A stretch of 63,933 bases of DNA, filler included, from Octopus bimaculoides (Eukaryota): assembly GCF_001194135.2 (NCBI RefSeq). It is 6 parts of 6 records of this genome, joined end to end, with 100 filler letters (N's around TTAATTAATTAA, not from the genome) between each part and the next. Parts side by side here need not be neighbours in the genome. Positions count along the whole stretch, not along the records: positions 23,310 to 36,301 come from NC_068982.1; positions 36,402 to 46,140 come from NW_026354508.1; 4 more parts are not named here. One strand, 5' to 3'. The position numbers were made by a program, and so were the translations under genes. The notes under the pieces were generated by a model that made no database searches, was not told where the DNA came from, and saw only the letters and a list, made by a program, of their open reading frames with translations. This document shows positions 25,432 through 37,875 of this stretch, piece after piece (the stretch's first letter is position 1; every line of letters starts with the position of its first letter).

Positions 25432-26424
25432 ATGTAACATATCTTTAACTACAGCAAACATACATATAAATTCATTCATCTGTGAGTTCTGTACAGACCC
25501 ACACAACCAATGCTACACCACTTCTATCATCCATACCCACCGTAATCTTATTTTTATTAAAAAATATAGAATTAATTCAATAAAACATAGAGATGCAGTT
25601 AGTGAATATTTTATCTTAATCAAGAAAGAAGACAGTTTTTTTTGAGATTTTTGTAACTTTTCATTTAATGACATTACTGATATGATGATTAAAAACTTAT
25701 TTATCAACAAAATATTTGGTCACATGGGAATTCGGTATTTTGGTTCCATCAAGGTAGTTGCTTTACGAAAAAATTTATCATGTTTTTTTTTTCTCCTGGA
25801 TAAAACTAATGCCAATGTTGTGTAGAAAAAAAAAAATGAAATAACATGAATGTGCTATCAATAATCTAGAAATATAACAAGACTATATTTTACACGTTTG
25901 AAAGCAGACATCTTAACTGAATTAATTTCTATTTTCTTTCTGTTCATCTGAGGAAACCTGCCCATAGCAATTCAATTTGAAGTTTGAATTGAGAAAATGT
26001 AAATACTTATTATTTCTAACTTATTAAATTCTTCATACTAGCTCTCCAAGATCACTAAAAGAAAAGTTTTAAGTGAGTTTAGAGAACATATTTCAATAAT
26101 AACAATTTATAAAATAGGCACAGCCTGTGGTTATCACTTCTTACATTATGCAAGCGATAGAATCTCAAATAAATCATTTCTTCAGTATTTATGCAACCTA
26201 CTTTCAAAACGTCTTGTGAAACAAGTTCTAACAATTTGCTTAAATATAATATTCTATTTATTGATGGCTATTGATAGAGGAAAAAAGATTTTGGAATATT
26301 GCTAAGACATCTTATATAAAAATCATCACTTGCTGATTAGTGAGAGTGCTCAACTAAAGCAGGTCTATGACTATCAAACCTGAAAAATTTGGTGAAATCC
26401 AAACTGAATGATTGATGTGTGCAT

Positions 26425-26670
26425 ACATCAATGAATGATGCATCTGGACACATCTTCAGTGATGTGCCTGGTATCATCAGGTATTTTGGGTCTTTCAACA
26501 TCATACACCCTCCTCCAGGTGACCCAGCTGGGACTGATCGGACCCCAGTTTGTGTCCAGATGACCAGCTAGCTTCGCCATGGCTCTCCTCTTTTGATCCA
26601 CAGCCATCTTGAGGCCCTCTCTGCCACATTGGTGGTACTGCAGATAGCCTTCCTCCTTCTCATTCCCTTG
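26425..26670 (-). mobile_element. HERO-type non-LTR retrotransposon 3' end
   Basis: Minus frame GMRRRKAICSTTNVAERASRWLWIKRGEPW*, then a UTR ...gttgaaagaccc...catcactgaagatgtgtcc. Confidence 0.7.
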
Positions 26671-26867
26671 ACGTATATAATTTTATCTGTAATTCAATAA
26701 TAGGATAAAGTCTTTTATAAGAATTTATCAAGTAGCTAGTGTGAAAAACCTCATAAGGGAAAAATCCATCATTTATTCCCTATAAATATTTAATAATTTA
26801 TATAAGGGCATTACTATACATAAATGCCTCACACTAAGAGGGACTCTAAAGTCAAACTACCATAATA

Positions 26868-26981
26868 AACACATTTTAACTGAATGCGAGGGAATGCAAC
26901 TCTCAAATCTAGCCCCTCTTTTACGGAGCTAGGGGGCTAGCTTTGAGAGTTGCATTCCCTTGCGTTCGGTAAAAATGTGTT
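26868..26981. repeat. Inverted repeat / hairpin (~48-bp arms)
   Basis: aacacattttaactgaatgcgagggaatgcaactctcaaatctagccc ... gggctagctttgagagttgcattcccttgcgttcggtaaaaatgtgtt. Confidence 0.85.
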
Positions 26982-26982
26982 C

Positions 26983-27112
26983 ATGCCGGAGCCTCGTGGA
27001 GCTTTAGGTGTTTTCATTCAATAAACACTCACAACAGCTGGTCTGAGAATCGAAACCGCGATCCTACAACCACGAATCTGCTGCCCTAACCACTGGGCCA
27101 TTGTGCCTCCAC
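26983..27112 (-). mobile_element. SINE family D head
   Basis: Reverse strand reads gtggaggcacaatggcccagtggttagggcagc...aacacctaaagctccacgaggctccgg. Confidence 0.8.
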
Positions 27113-27118
27113 ATGTGT

Positions 27119-27155
<37 letters not shown>

Positions 27156-27935
27156 CGCACATCATATATCTACTATAATAATACTCATGTGTTTTTCTCC
27201 GTCACAACATATGAATGAGAAAGGAAAGGGTGGTAGATGAATAAGGAAGAAAGGGGTGATGGCAAATTGGTGGGATGGTGAATATTAAATGGTGAATATT
27301 CAATGGTGAAAAGAAAAAATCAAACAGCGTTTCAACTCTGTGTGAGTATATGTGTGTATGTGTGTGTGTGTACAAGGGAAGTATGTAAATGTATGTGAAC
27401 ATTGACAAGTGTATTACTTTGATTTACCCTCCATATTTATATATAAAATACTACAATTAGCCATCGTTTTTGATGGCAGGGGACCGGCTAGTATGTATAT
27501 ATTAGTTATTAGTGATGAAAGTAGTATTAGTACTGAACAGCAATCTGTACATCCTACTTAACATGGATGTACTATAATAGTGCCATAATATCCAGCCTAT
27601 CAGCCATCTGTAGCACCACTTACTGATTAGTCGCTATTTTCCTATATCAGTAGAGATGAAGTTTCATTACCATACAGCAATAGCGGATACTTGCTGATAA
27701 TGATGCAGAAATGTGCTGAAATCACGTGATCTAACAGTTCCACCAGAAAAAGCTGAACATTTTATCATATGCTACTAATACTTCTGTGCTTTTTAGCACT
27801 ATAGGTCCACACAAGTTGCTCTCTGAAAACGAATGCCACAGTATTATAGTATTTGTTACAGTACATCTACATTAAGTAAGATATACAGGTTGCTATACGT
27901 GTATATATACTATATATTATACATTAATATATATT

Positions 27936-27967
<32 letters not shown>

Positions 27968-28014
27968 CATGTATGTACATACATATATACATGCATATAT
28001 ATATATACATATAT

Positions 28015-28671
28015 AACCCATGCTAGCATGGAAAGCGGACGTTAAACGATGATGATGATCATCATCATCATCATCATCATTGTTTAACTCCTGCTTTCCA
28101 TGCTGGCATGAGTTGGACGATTTGACTGAGGACTGGCAAACCAGATGGCTGCACCAGTCTCCAATCTGATCTGGCAAATTTCTAAAGCTGGATGCCCTTC
28201 CTAATGCCAACCACTCCGAGAGTGTAGTGGGTGCTTTTTACATGTCACTGGCACAGGAGCCAGATATATATATATATATTAGTATATACATATGTATGTG
28301 TGCATATATATATATATTCTAAATTATCTCGCTGACATACTACGACGAAATACCCAAGATGCAGATAAGATAGAGATTTTTTTATTTATTTACGGCCTCA
28401 AACATCTCANNNNNNNNNNNNNNNNNNNNNNNNNNNNNNNNNNNNNNNNNNNNNNNNNNNNNNNNNNNNNNNNNNNNCCAGCTGTAGAAACTCTGCCAAA
28501 TCAGACTGGAGCCTGGTGTTGCCATCCGGTTTCACCAGTCCTCAGTCAAATCGTCCAACCCATGCTAGCATGGAAAGCGGACGTTAAACGATGATGATGA
28601 TGATGATGATATATATATATGTATGTTTGTGTCTATATAAATGTGTAAATGTACATATGGATACACAGATG

Positions 28672-28711
<40 letters not shown>

Positions 28712-29317
28712 TATATATTACTGAATCATTTTTCATTTTATTCTTAATTTTATAAACAAAAATCAAGCTAGCAAGAATCCAATATTTATTGATTTGTATT
28801 TTAAGTAGATGCTTCTAACATAGTTTGCGATTGTTTATCTGTATGTAATAAAATTCACTTCAAAGGTTCAAAACCAGCTCCCAAGTGAAGAAAAAATTGC
28901 TATTAATAAGTACAGTTATGACAAAAATAATAATAACAAATTAAATAAATAAATGAGCAAGAAACAAATATATACCATCATCATCGTCGTCAGTTAATGT
29001 CCGCTTTAAATGCTGGCATGGGTTGGACAGTTTGACTGAGGGCTGGCAAGTCAGTAGGCTGCACCAGGCTCCAATCTGATTTGGCAAGGCTTCTACAGAT
29101 GGATGCCCTTTCTAATGCCAACCACTTCAAGAGTGTAGTGGGTGATTTTATGTGCCACTGGCATGGGAGCCAGTCAGGCAGCACTGGCATTGACCATACT
29201 CGAATGGTGCTTTTAACATGCCACCAGCATGGGACCGGTTAGTTGGCACTGGCATCGACCATGCTCAAATGGTGCTTTTTATGTGCCACCAACATGGATG
29301 CTAATCAGGTGGTACTG
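28015..29317. mobile_element. Four alternating family F retroposon copies: 28015-28059(+), 28060-28263(-), 28478-28610(+), 28976-29317(-)
   Basis: Shared tail catgctagcatggaaagcggacgttaaacgatgatgat and its reverse complement. Confidence 0.85.
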
Positions 29318-29510
29318 AAATAGCGGTATTTCGTTTGCCATTATGTTCTGAGTTCAAATTCCACCGAGGTCGACTTTGCCTTTCATCCTTTCGGGGTCAA
29401 TAAATTAAGTACCAGTTACACACTGGGGTCGATGTAATCAACTTAATCTCTTTGTCTGTCCTTGTTTGTCCCTTCTATGTTTAGCCCCTTGTGGACAATA
29501 AAGAAATAAG
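29318..29510 (+). mobile_element. SINE family C with tail ...gtccttgtttgtcccttctatgtttagcccc...aataaagaaataa
   Basis: ctgagttcaaattccaccgaggtcgactttgcctttcatcctttcggggtc. Confidence 0.85.
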
Positions 29511-30644
29511 AAACGGGTTTCCAATAGTTTTAGTGTCAGTGATAAAGGTTGAAGAAGTGTGATAAAATATTTTGACATTTCATAATAGACTATATTATTT
29601 AGAAATAAATGAAAAATGAATTTAACAGGTTTTTTCTGTTCTTAAAAAGCTAATATTCATCTTCCACAATATAAACTTTAAATAGCATATTGGATATAAT
29701 AGTTTGAAAAATTTCTGTATTTTATAACACAAAAAACCATTTCAATAGAAAACAAGTGGTTTTTTTTAATTTTTTATTTGAGAAAAATCTATCATTTGTC
29801 ATCATTCTTTGTGTAATAGTATAGCATCACAACTTGGTTTAAATTACTCAGTTTTTATTTTTTTCTTTTTCAGAATCTATAGATTTTTTAGTTTTCTTTG
29901 ACAAGAACATGAGTTAGATAGTTGTGAAAAATTAAGTCTTGAAGGAAGTGTGTATATATTTTCCTGCTCTTCATGAGCATTGTTAATCGACCTACTAGAA
30001 ATAGCAGCTTAATGTTCTTCGAATATATACCCTGCTATTTAAGAATAAGTCTTCTAGGCACCACTGAGACAACACAATAAATGGTCATAGATCAGCTTAA
30101 TCATGGTTATGGTGGCAGGCTGAGCAAAAGAAACAATGATAATTAATTATAGAATTAAAAGCCGCGCTGTATCTTTACATGCTAAAAATAGAAGTGAAAT
30201 GTCCATCAAATCAAATCTTGCAAAGGAAAGAATATACTGGCTATTAATCCTAGAGATCCCTAAAAAAATGACATGAAACAACAAAGCTTGATATTAGTCA
30301 ACTTAAGTAAAGTGTTTTGCATAAAGGTACAATCTTTATATCCTATGGTTGAGACTGACCCTTGGAGAATGCTAAAAGAAAATTGTTTTGCTTATCTTTC
30401 TGAAATAATGAATACTGATTCTTTTCATAATATGCATAAGCACACACATACAGGCATACATACAAGCATGCAGAGTACCAACATACAAGCATACAAACTT
30501 GCACACATGCATACATATGTATTTACATACACACACACATACATACTGTTTTATAGCTTCACCTAATGAAGAGCATTCTGTAAACAATCAGGAGATATAT
30601 GTGTAAGACTCTGCTTCTCTTTAAATGAACTTGTAAATGTGCAT

Positions 30645-31030
30645 AGACGCAGAAGTGGCTGTGTGGTAAGAGGCTTGCTTCCCAACCACATGGTTTCGGG
30701 TTCAGTCCCACTCATGTGGCACCTTGGGCGAGTGTCTTCTACTATAGCCTCGGGCCGACCAAAGCCTTGTGAGTGGATTTGGTGGACACAAACTGAAAGA
30801 AGCCCATTGTATGTGTGTGTGTTTGTGTGTGTGTTTGTTATTTATGTCTGTGCTTGACAACCGATGTTGGTGTGTTTACGTCCCCTTAACTTAGTGGTTT
30901 GACAAAAGAGACCGATAGAATAAGTACTAGGCCTACAAAAAATAAGTCCTGGGGGTCGATTTGTTTGACTAAAGGTGGTGCTCCAGCATGGCTGCAGTTA
31001 AATAACTGAAACAAGTAAAAGAATAAAAGA
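30645..31030 (+). mobile_element. Full-length SINE family A
   Basis: tRNA-like head gtggctgtgtggtaag...cgggttcagtccca, GT-rich linker, tail actgaaacaagtaaaagaataaaaga. Confidence 0.9.
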
Positions 31031-31869
31031 ATTGCAAGATGAGTCAAATGAGAGCGCTGTTTGTCATCTTTTCTATCTGTTGAGACATTGGGCAGTGATT
31101 CTGTAGAACCTTTGTGTTGCTGGCAGCCATTGACAGACCTAATAAACTGAGAAATTTTTTAACCTTGCATCACAAAATTTTCAGTGAAATACTCTGTCTC
31201 TTGTGTGTCAATCAACATCAAGAATCTTCAGGACTGCAGTATCGTAAATAACCTTTCTATTACTGAACTGGTTTGTGTTTGCCCCACCACATCGCTTGAC
31301 AATGTGTGTTGGTTTGTTTATATCCCTATAACTTAGCAACTCAGCAAATTTCTGTGTAGGAGGACAAAGGTCAGAGTCTTTGTCTCATTGTGAGACTTGG
31401 ACACTCGGGGCCCTTAGGAGCTGCCTGATCCCCTTGGTATCAGGACACTTCACAGAATTATGGGTTACCATTGGTAGGATTTCATACCCAACCAATCCCA
31501 ATGAATCTATTCAGAAACCGGCTACTTGTATGATTCACAAGCGCTAACTCAGACTATTTGACCATGTTGCTCAATTTTCTGAGTTAGACCCTGCTTCACT
31601 GAGGATCTGGCTGAGTTGACAGCTATTGTTGATCAACCACACATCACATGATCATGGCAGATGAGGAAGTCTCTCTCCCAGAAATAGAGACTGAATGGGA
31701 CTCTGCTTAATTGGTCACCCAAGAGGGCCCAGGAATAAAGCAACAAATAGTGAATGCAGTAATGCATTGCAATGGTGCATGCCCCACACCTGACCTGAGA
31801 CTGATATTTAAAACATACTTAAAACGTTCTTATACAAAATTAGGGTAGGCGACCTTAATTTAAATATAA

Positions 31870-32194
31870 CTGGCATTCTGTCGGTTACAACAATAAGGGT
31901 TCCAGTTGATCCGATCAACAGAACAGCCTGTTCATGAATTTAACACACAGGTGGCTGAGCACCCCACAAACACATGTACCCTTAACATAGTTCTCAGGGA
32001 GATTCAGCATGACACAGGATATGACCAGACTGGCCCTTCAAAATACAGGTACTACTCATCTTTGCCAGATGAGTGGACTGGAGTAGCGTGAAATAAAGTT
32101 TCTTGCTCAAGGATGCAATGCACACCCAGGAATCAAACTCACAATCTTACGATCATTAGGTAAATGCCCCTAACCACTGAGCCACAAACCTTCA
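31870..32194 (-). mobile_element. SINE family E variant with 16-bp TSD
   Basis: cttaatttaaatataa flanks the element at 31854-31869 and 32195-32210. Confidence 0.85.
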
Positions 32195-32915
32195 CTTAAT
32201 TTAAATATAAACACTTTAAAACTTGAGGGTTTGTACCATAGAATTAGAACCATTCGTAGGTGGTGGCACCTTTATTCATAAGATTCTGAAAAACTGCGTT
32301 TTTATCTTGATAACATTTACTCTTAAATGTGATGCAATATTGAAAAATACTAAAAAAAAAAACAACAGGAAAGGACAGTCGGAACATAAATAAATAAATA
32401 AAAACTCTAAAGATTTGCTTACAAATATATATGTATTGGTAGGAATTACTAATAAATACATGAAAAAATTTTGACAATGAAAACTCCTTTAATAACTTGT
32501 TAAAGGTATAAAACATCTGGTATTGAATGACTGTAAACAATTATGTTGAAAATATTTCTTTGCTAAGAAAGCAGAAGCTTTTATTTGAATTCTTGGCAAA
32601 ATGGAGACCATTATTATTTTAACCAACTACCCTGCAGTGCTGTCTCACACTTTTAAAGAATTATCTTTCTCATTTGATAATAATCTGTTGGTGGAAGCCA
32701 TCAGTGAAATTACAGATGTTTCCAATAACAATCTACACTGTCATAGCTCTTTGTTTAAGAATTTCACTATGCAATGATGAAGTTCTGGGTTTTGAACCCA
32801 TCGTATACTACTTTCTTCCTTAGTCTTAGGAGAACCACAGATTTGCAAGTGGAATTTGGTAGACCAACACTCTCTGGTTGATTTAACTTTTTGCCCATCA
32901 TGAGATGGATACAAT

Positions 32916-33075
32916 AGGAGCAAGCATGGCTGTGTGGTAAGAAGCTTGCTTCCCGACCACATTGTTCTGGGTTGAGTCCCACAACATAACATATTGGGCA
33001 AGTGTCTTCTACTATAGCCTCAGAATAATCAACACCTTGTGAATGTATTTAGTAGATGAAACCTGAAAGAAGCCC

Positions 33076-33115
<40 letters not shown>

Positions 33116-33282
33116 CGTAAAGATGACAGACTTCTTTCAGTTTCCATCTACCAAATCCACTCGCAAGACTTTGGTCGGTCCTAGGCTATAGTAGAAGACA
33201 CTTGCCCAAGGTTCCATGAAGTTGGACTGAACCCGAAACCATGTGGTTCAGAAGCAAGCTTCTTACCACACAGCCACTCCTA
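32916..33282. mobile_element. Inverted pair of SINE family A heads (32916-33075 +, 33125-33282 -) around (TA)n
   Basis: gcatggctgtgtggtaagaagcttgcttccc ... gaagcaagcttcttaccacacagccactcct. Confidence 0.85.
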
Positions 33283-34288
33283 TATTAATGTTTTTAATCA
33301 TAAACTTCCCATCAATTCTCCACAAGCAATGTATGCTGCCCATGCTGACAAGATTAGCACAACAGGGGAATAAATGTTCAGAATTTTGCATTAAGTTCAA
33401 TAAAAAAATTAATTGTTATATAAAATAAAAAACAAAGCAACAAACACCACATTTAAAGGTTTAGAATGAAGCACTATAAGAAAAAGAAAAAAGAAAACTT
33501 CAAATATAATTCGGGAAATAATTGCATGAAAGGGATTAAAACCATATATTGGAAATGAAATATTATAAATTAAACATTAAATATAATCCTTATTTGAGAG
33601 TGGTACAAGCACAGCTGTATGCGTAGTCAATTTGGCCAAATAATTGTAGGGGAAAATAAGCATGAGCAAAATTAGCAATTTATTACAGATTACAAGCAAA
33701 TTAATGCAAGAAACTTCCAGCTTAATCTAAAATGAAATGCTCAGGTAGAATTTAAATAGTAAACTTACGTTGCAGTTCAAATCAGATCTTCCAGCCGAGC
33801 AAACAAGAAGATTAATTGATTTCTATAAATATCATATTTCCACTTAACATTGCTAAGCCATTGAATCTATGCAATATCGATGAAGTATTCTAGCTTGTTT
33901 CTTTGGAATACATTTTCAAAATAGAGGTTGGTGTAAATGTAAAATATCCAAGTTGAATTGGAGAAGAAAAGCTGTACTTGAAACAGAGGGCAACGAGTAC
34001 AAGCTCAATTAGTATTAATAAAGTGTAAATAACCAGAGACATTGATAGTTCTTGTCTCTGTAAAATATTTGTAGGTATTGATGCATTACAAGTATAGCCA
34101 TATGAGTTAATATTCTTATCTGTATTTTATTTCCTAAACCCAAATCAAAGCCAAAATTGTATACAGGAATCTCACAGAGCATTTGAAATTACATAACTTG
34201 CCATTCTGATCTTTGTTTTTTTTTTCACTTTCTTTTTCTTTCTCTGTCTGTCTGACTATCTGTCTGTCTCTGTCTCTGTCTCTCTTTG

Positions 34289-34323
<35 letters not shown>

Positions 34324-34384
34324 TTATGCTCACATGACTATATACACTCCATCTTTATGAATGTATATATGTTTGTATGTGTGC

Positions 34385-34417
<33 letters not shown>

Positions 34418-34496
34418 TGTACAGACTTATATATATATGTGTGTGTGTGTGTGTGTTAAATAAAAATGAGGCAACATATACAGTGTTTACATATAA

Positions 34497-34833
34497 TCAC
34501 AATTTAGGTTAGTTGAAATATGTTTGTCACATATACTCCGATATTTTTCTCAATCGCGCGACCTAGTAGTGCAAATCAGTCAATGTGCTGGCTGAATTAT
34601 ATATAAAGCTTTATTAGTTCGTTCAGGATTGTCTCTCTTCTTTCATTGACATAAGTCAATAAATTCAAAATATTGATGCCTGAGATTCCCGAGAGAGGGC
34701 GACAACTGAACAAATGGGGTGTTTTTACACCTTTTTACCGTAAGAGGGATTTTTTCTCCACAACAACTGGAGTATATTTACTTTTAGCAGTTGAAATATG
34801 TGACGAACATATTTCAACTAACCTAAATTGTGA
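34497..34833. mobile_element. MITE with 38-bp terminal inverted repeats
   Basis: tcacaatttaggttagttgaaatatgtttgtcacatat ... atatgtgacgaacatatttcaactaacctaaattgtga (1 mismatch). Confidence 0.75.
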
Positions 34834-34841
34834 ATATAATA

Positions 34842-34909
<68 letters not shown>

Positions 34910-35591
34910 TTAAATAATGTATAGTAAATGTGCAAATGAACAACAGACACTGAATGGCAAGTTAAAAAACATATAGTAAATGCACAGATGAATGGAAAAC
35001 AGACACAAAAGGTCCCCAACTCCTAATCAGATATTGGCCAGTGAGTCTAACATAGTTTTGTGCCTTTAACGATAAGATTAATTCCCATCTGATGCCACAT
35101 GCAAGAGCTGCAGGCAATATGGGACCAAGAACAGACAAATAAGTGGACATACAAAAATGAATAAATGTGATTCGAGATGAGAAGGTTAGTGGAGGGACAA
35201 GGGACAAAAACCCCTTAGGGGTAGATGAAGATGAAGTATGGAAACAGAAGGGCAACAGGCAGCAAAACAGTTGAAGTAGAGACTAGAGAAATTATGAATG
35301 GTTGCTTCAACAACCAGTGTAAAAATGAGAGAAAGAAAAAAGGACTGACCAAGGCTCATGTGACATGCCAGTTATTGACATGTGACCAGCCTTTTCTGTG
35401 GTCGGCCATGTCTCTGATTATTGCTCTTATTATTGCCGTGTTCCTTTTATTATGTCATGGCCCACCTTCAGATGTGGACAAGCTGTGTGTACACGCAACA
35501 GTGAGCATTTAATGTACTTAACATTAGAGCCAAAAAAATATATGTGATTTAATTGTCATACATCAAGTACTTCCAATCAAATCTGTATATA

Positions 35592-35822
35592 CAGGGTTGG
35601 CCAAAAATCCCCTGACAGTAAATCAAAATTAATTCCAAGATTTATTTATGCTTAACAAGTGAATAAATTTAATAAAAGCATCTAAATATGAAACATCGTT
35701 AAAATTGTTCAAACTGAAGTCCTTCTTGAGCAACACATTCTTCCATTCGAGTCAATACAGAATTACAGATAATATTCATGGAATTTTGATTTACTGTCTG
35801 GGGACTTTTGACCAACCTTCTG
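35592..35822. mobile_element. Tc1/mariner-derived MITE
   Basis: ta-cagggttggccaaaaatcccctgacagtaaatcaaaatt ... aattttgatttactgtctggggacttttgaccaaccttctg. Minus-strand CVAQEGLQFEQF-like transposase tail inside. Confidence 0.75.
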
Positions 35823-36155
35823 TGTGTGTGTTTAGAAGGTTTATGACTAATAATTTTGCACCTATGAAGCTATTAGTGGTATAGGTGACTCATCAAATTC
35901 TTGGGTTGGAGGCACATAACGTCTCTAAACTTTTTAGGTGTGAAACCAGTGGTCACTCTCTGACCAGCCAAAACAAACAACATTCCAAGTATTACAGCTC
36001 TAACATTTTAGAGTGTGCTTCTTTTCGGATTTATGAACTACTAACTGATTATATATATATATAGGGAGAATTCACAAAAAAAAAAAACAAAAGACGAAGA
36101 CAGGTGGTGTAGAAAACAAACAGATGTATTAGTATAACGCTCGGGAAATGAAAAA

Positions 36156-36194
36156 GTCTTTAATGTTTCAAGCCTACGCTCTTCCTCAGAAAGG
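36156..36194 (-). ncRNA. Degenerate minimal hammerhead ribozyme motif (Penelope type)
   Basis: Reverse strand reads ccttt CTGAGGA a gagc-gtag-gctt GAAA cat TA aagac. Stems I and III are imperfect. Confidence 0.4.
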
Positions 36195-36260
36195 AACACA
36201 GAAAGAAACAAGGAGAGAAACGAGGAGAGAAAAAAAATGTGTAGTGGTAAGCGATCTATC

Positions 36261-36301
<41 letters not shown>

Positions 36302-36401
36302 NNNNNNNNNNNNNNNNNNNNNNNNNNNNNNNNNNNNNNNNNNNNTTAATTAATTAANNNNNNNNNNNNNNNNNNNNNNNNNNNNNNNNNNNNNNNNNNN
36401 N

Positions 36402-36437
<36 letters not shown>

Positions 36438-36442
<5 letters not shown>

Positions 36443-36980
36443 CAGGCGATCAAGGATCCTACTGAAATCCTAAGGCTGCAGAATGACATGAACTCAATAT
36501 ATAAGTGGGTAGATGAGAATAATATGCTGGTCAATGCCACAAAATTTCAAGCTCTCCACTATACGTCCACAAACTACAACTGAAGTACACATGACCAGCG
36601 GGCAACGTAATACCAGAATTAGAGTCGGTGCGCCACCTAGCAATTCACAAGGGCAATGATGTAACTTTCCATGTGCACATTGCTCAGATGGCAACACTAT
36701 GCATAAGGGAGGCAGGTTGGATTTCAGATCCTTCAGGACCAGGAACACAGACACAATGCTACAGCTTTGGAGAACGTTTGTTCTCAGTCTTCTAGACGGA
36801 TAGTCCAAACTGTGGTCACCGCAGCGTGTAAAACTAATTGCAGAACTAGAGGCGATCCCACGTTTGTACACAAAGGAGATAGACTCAGTGAAACACATGG
36901 GCTACTGGAAGACGTTAAATGAACTGGGACTCTACTCCTTGGAGAGAAGTCGCGAGAGATATGCACTCCTATACACATGG
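36438..36980 (+). mobile_element. CR1/L2-group LINE RT C-terminal relic
   Basis: RLQNDMNSIYKWVDENNMLVNATKFQ...FRSFRTR...LWSP...LGLYSLERSRERY. Confidence 0.85.
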
Positions 36981-37589
36981 TCTCATCTTCTCCATCGAGG
37001 ATGCAATATGCTACGTTTTTCAAAATAAATATATTTTCATTAAACTAATTATCAATAAATAGCGTAGTTAATTTTATTCCAACTATGAACTGTCCTTCAA
37101 ACAATCCCATTCTAACTATACATTTTTTGCCACTACGAATTATTACTAGAGCGATTAGTAACTTAAATAAGGTTTACATAAACACATTATCTAAACTTAT
37201 ACTATAAATAATTTAACTTATGTCTACATTTAATTTTACGTTCATCTTAGGAAATAATATTTTATTATTAGTTAGTATCTCCTTGAATTCATTAGTACAT
37301 AATAAGCAAAACTTACTACCTAATCGATACGATTTTGCCTTACACACTATCTCCCAATTTAAATTGTACTTAATGCTTTTAGATTTAATGCCCGTATATA
37401 TTTATTAAGGCCAGTGGAATTAATTAAATTTCTATTCTTAAGATATTCATATGTTGAGCCATCCGTTATTTAATTTTATTAGAGGTTGAGCCTATGTAAA
37501 TAGAATTTAAATTATAACTATTACCATCGTCCAGAGACACTAAACATTTATTTACTACATGTATACATGTTTGTGTGTGTGTTTGTGTC

Positions 37590-37775
37590 TGTGCCCCCAC
37601 CATCGCTTGACAACGGTTGTTGATGTGTTCACGTCCCCATAACTTAGCGGTTCAGCAAAAGAACCCATAGAATAAGTACTAGGCTTACAAAGAATAAGTC
37701 ATGAGGTCGATTTGTTCGAATAAAGGCGGCGCTCCAGCATAGCTGCAGTCAAATGACTGAAACCAGTAAAAGAAT
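37590..37775 (+). mobile_element. SINE family A 3' half
   Basis: ccaccatcgcttgacaac...taaaggcggcgctccagcat. Confidence 0.8.
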
Positions 37776-37786
37776 ATATATGGATA

Positions 37787-37875
<89 letters not shown>

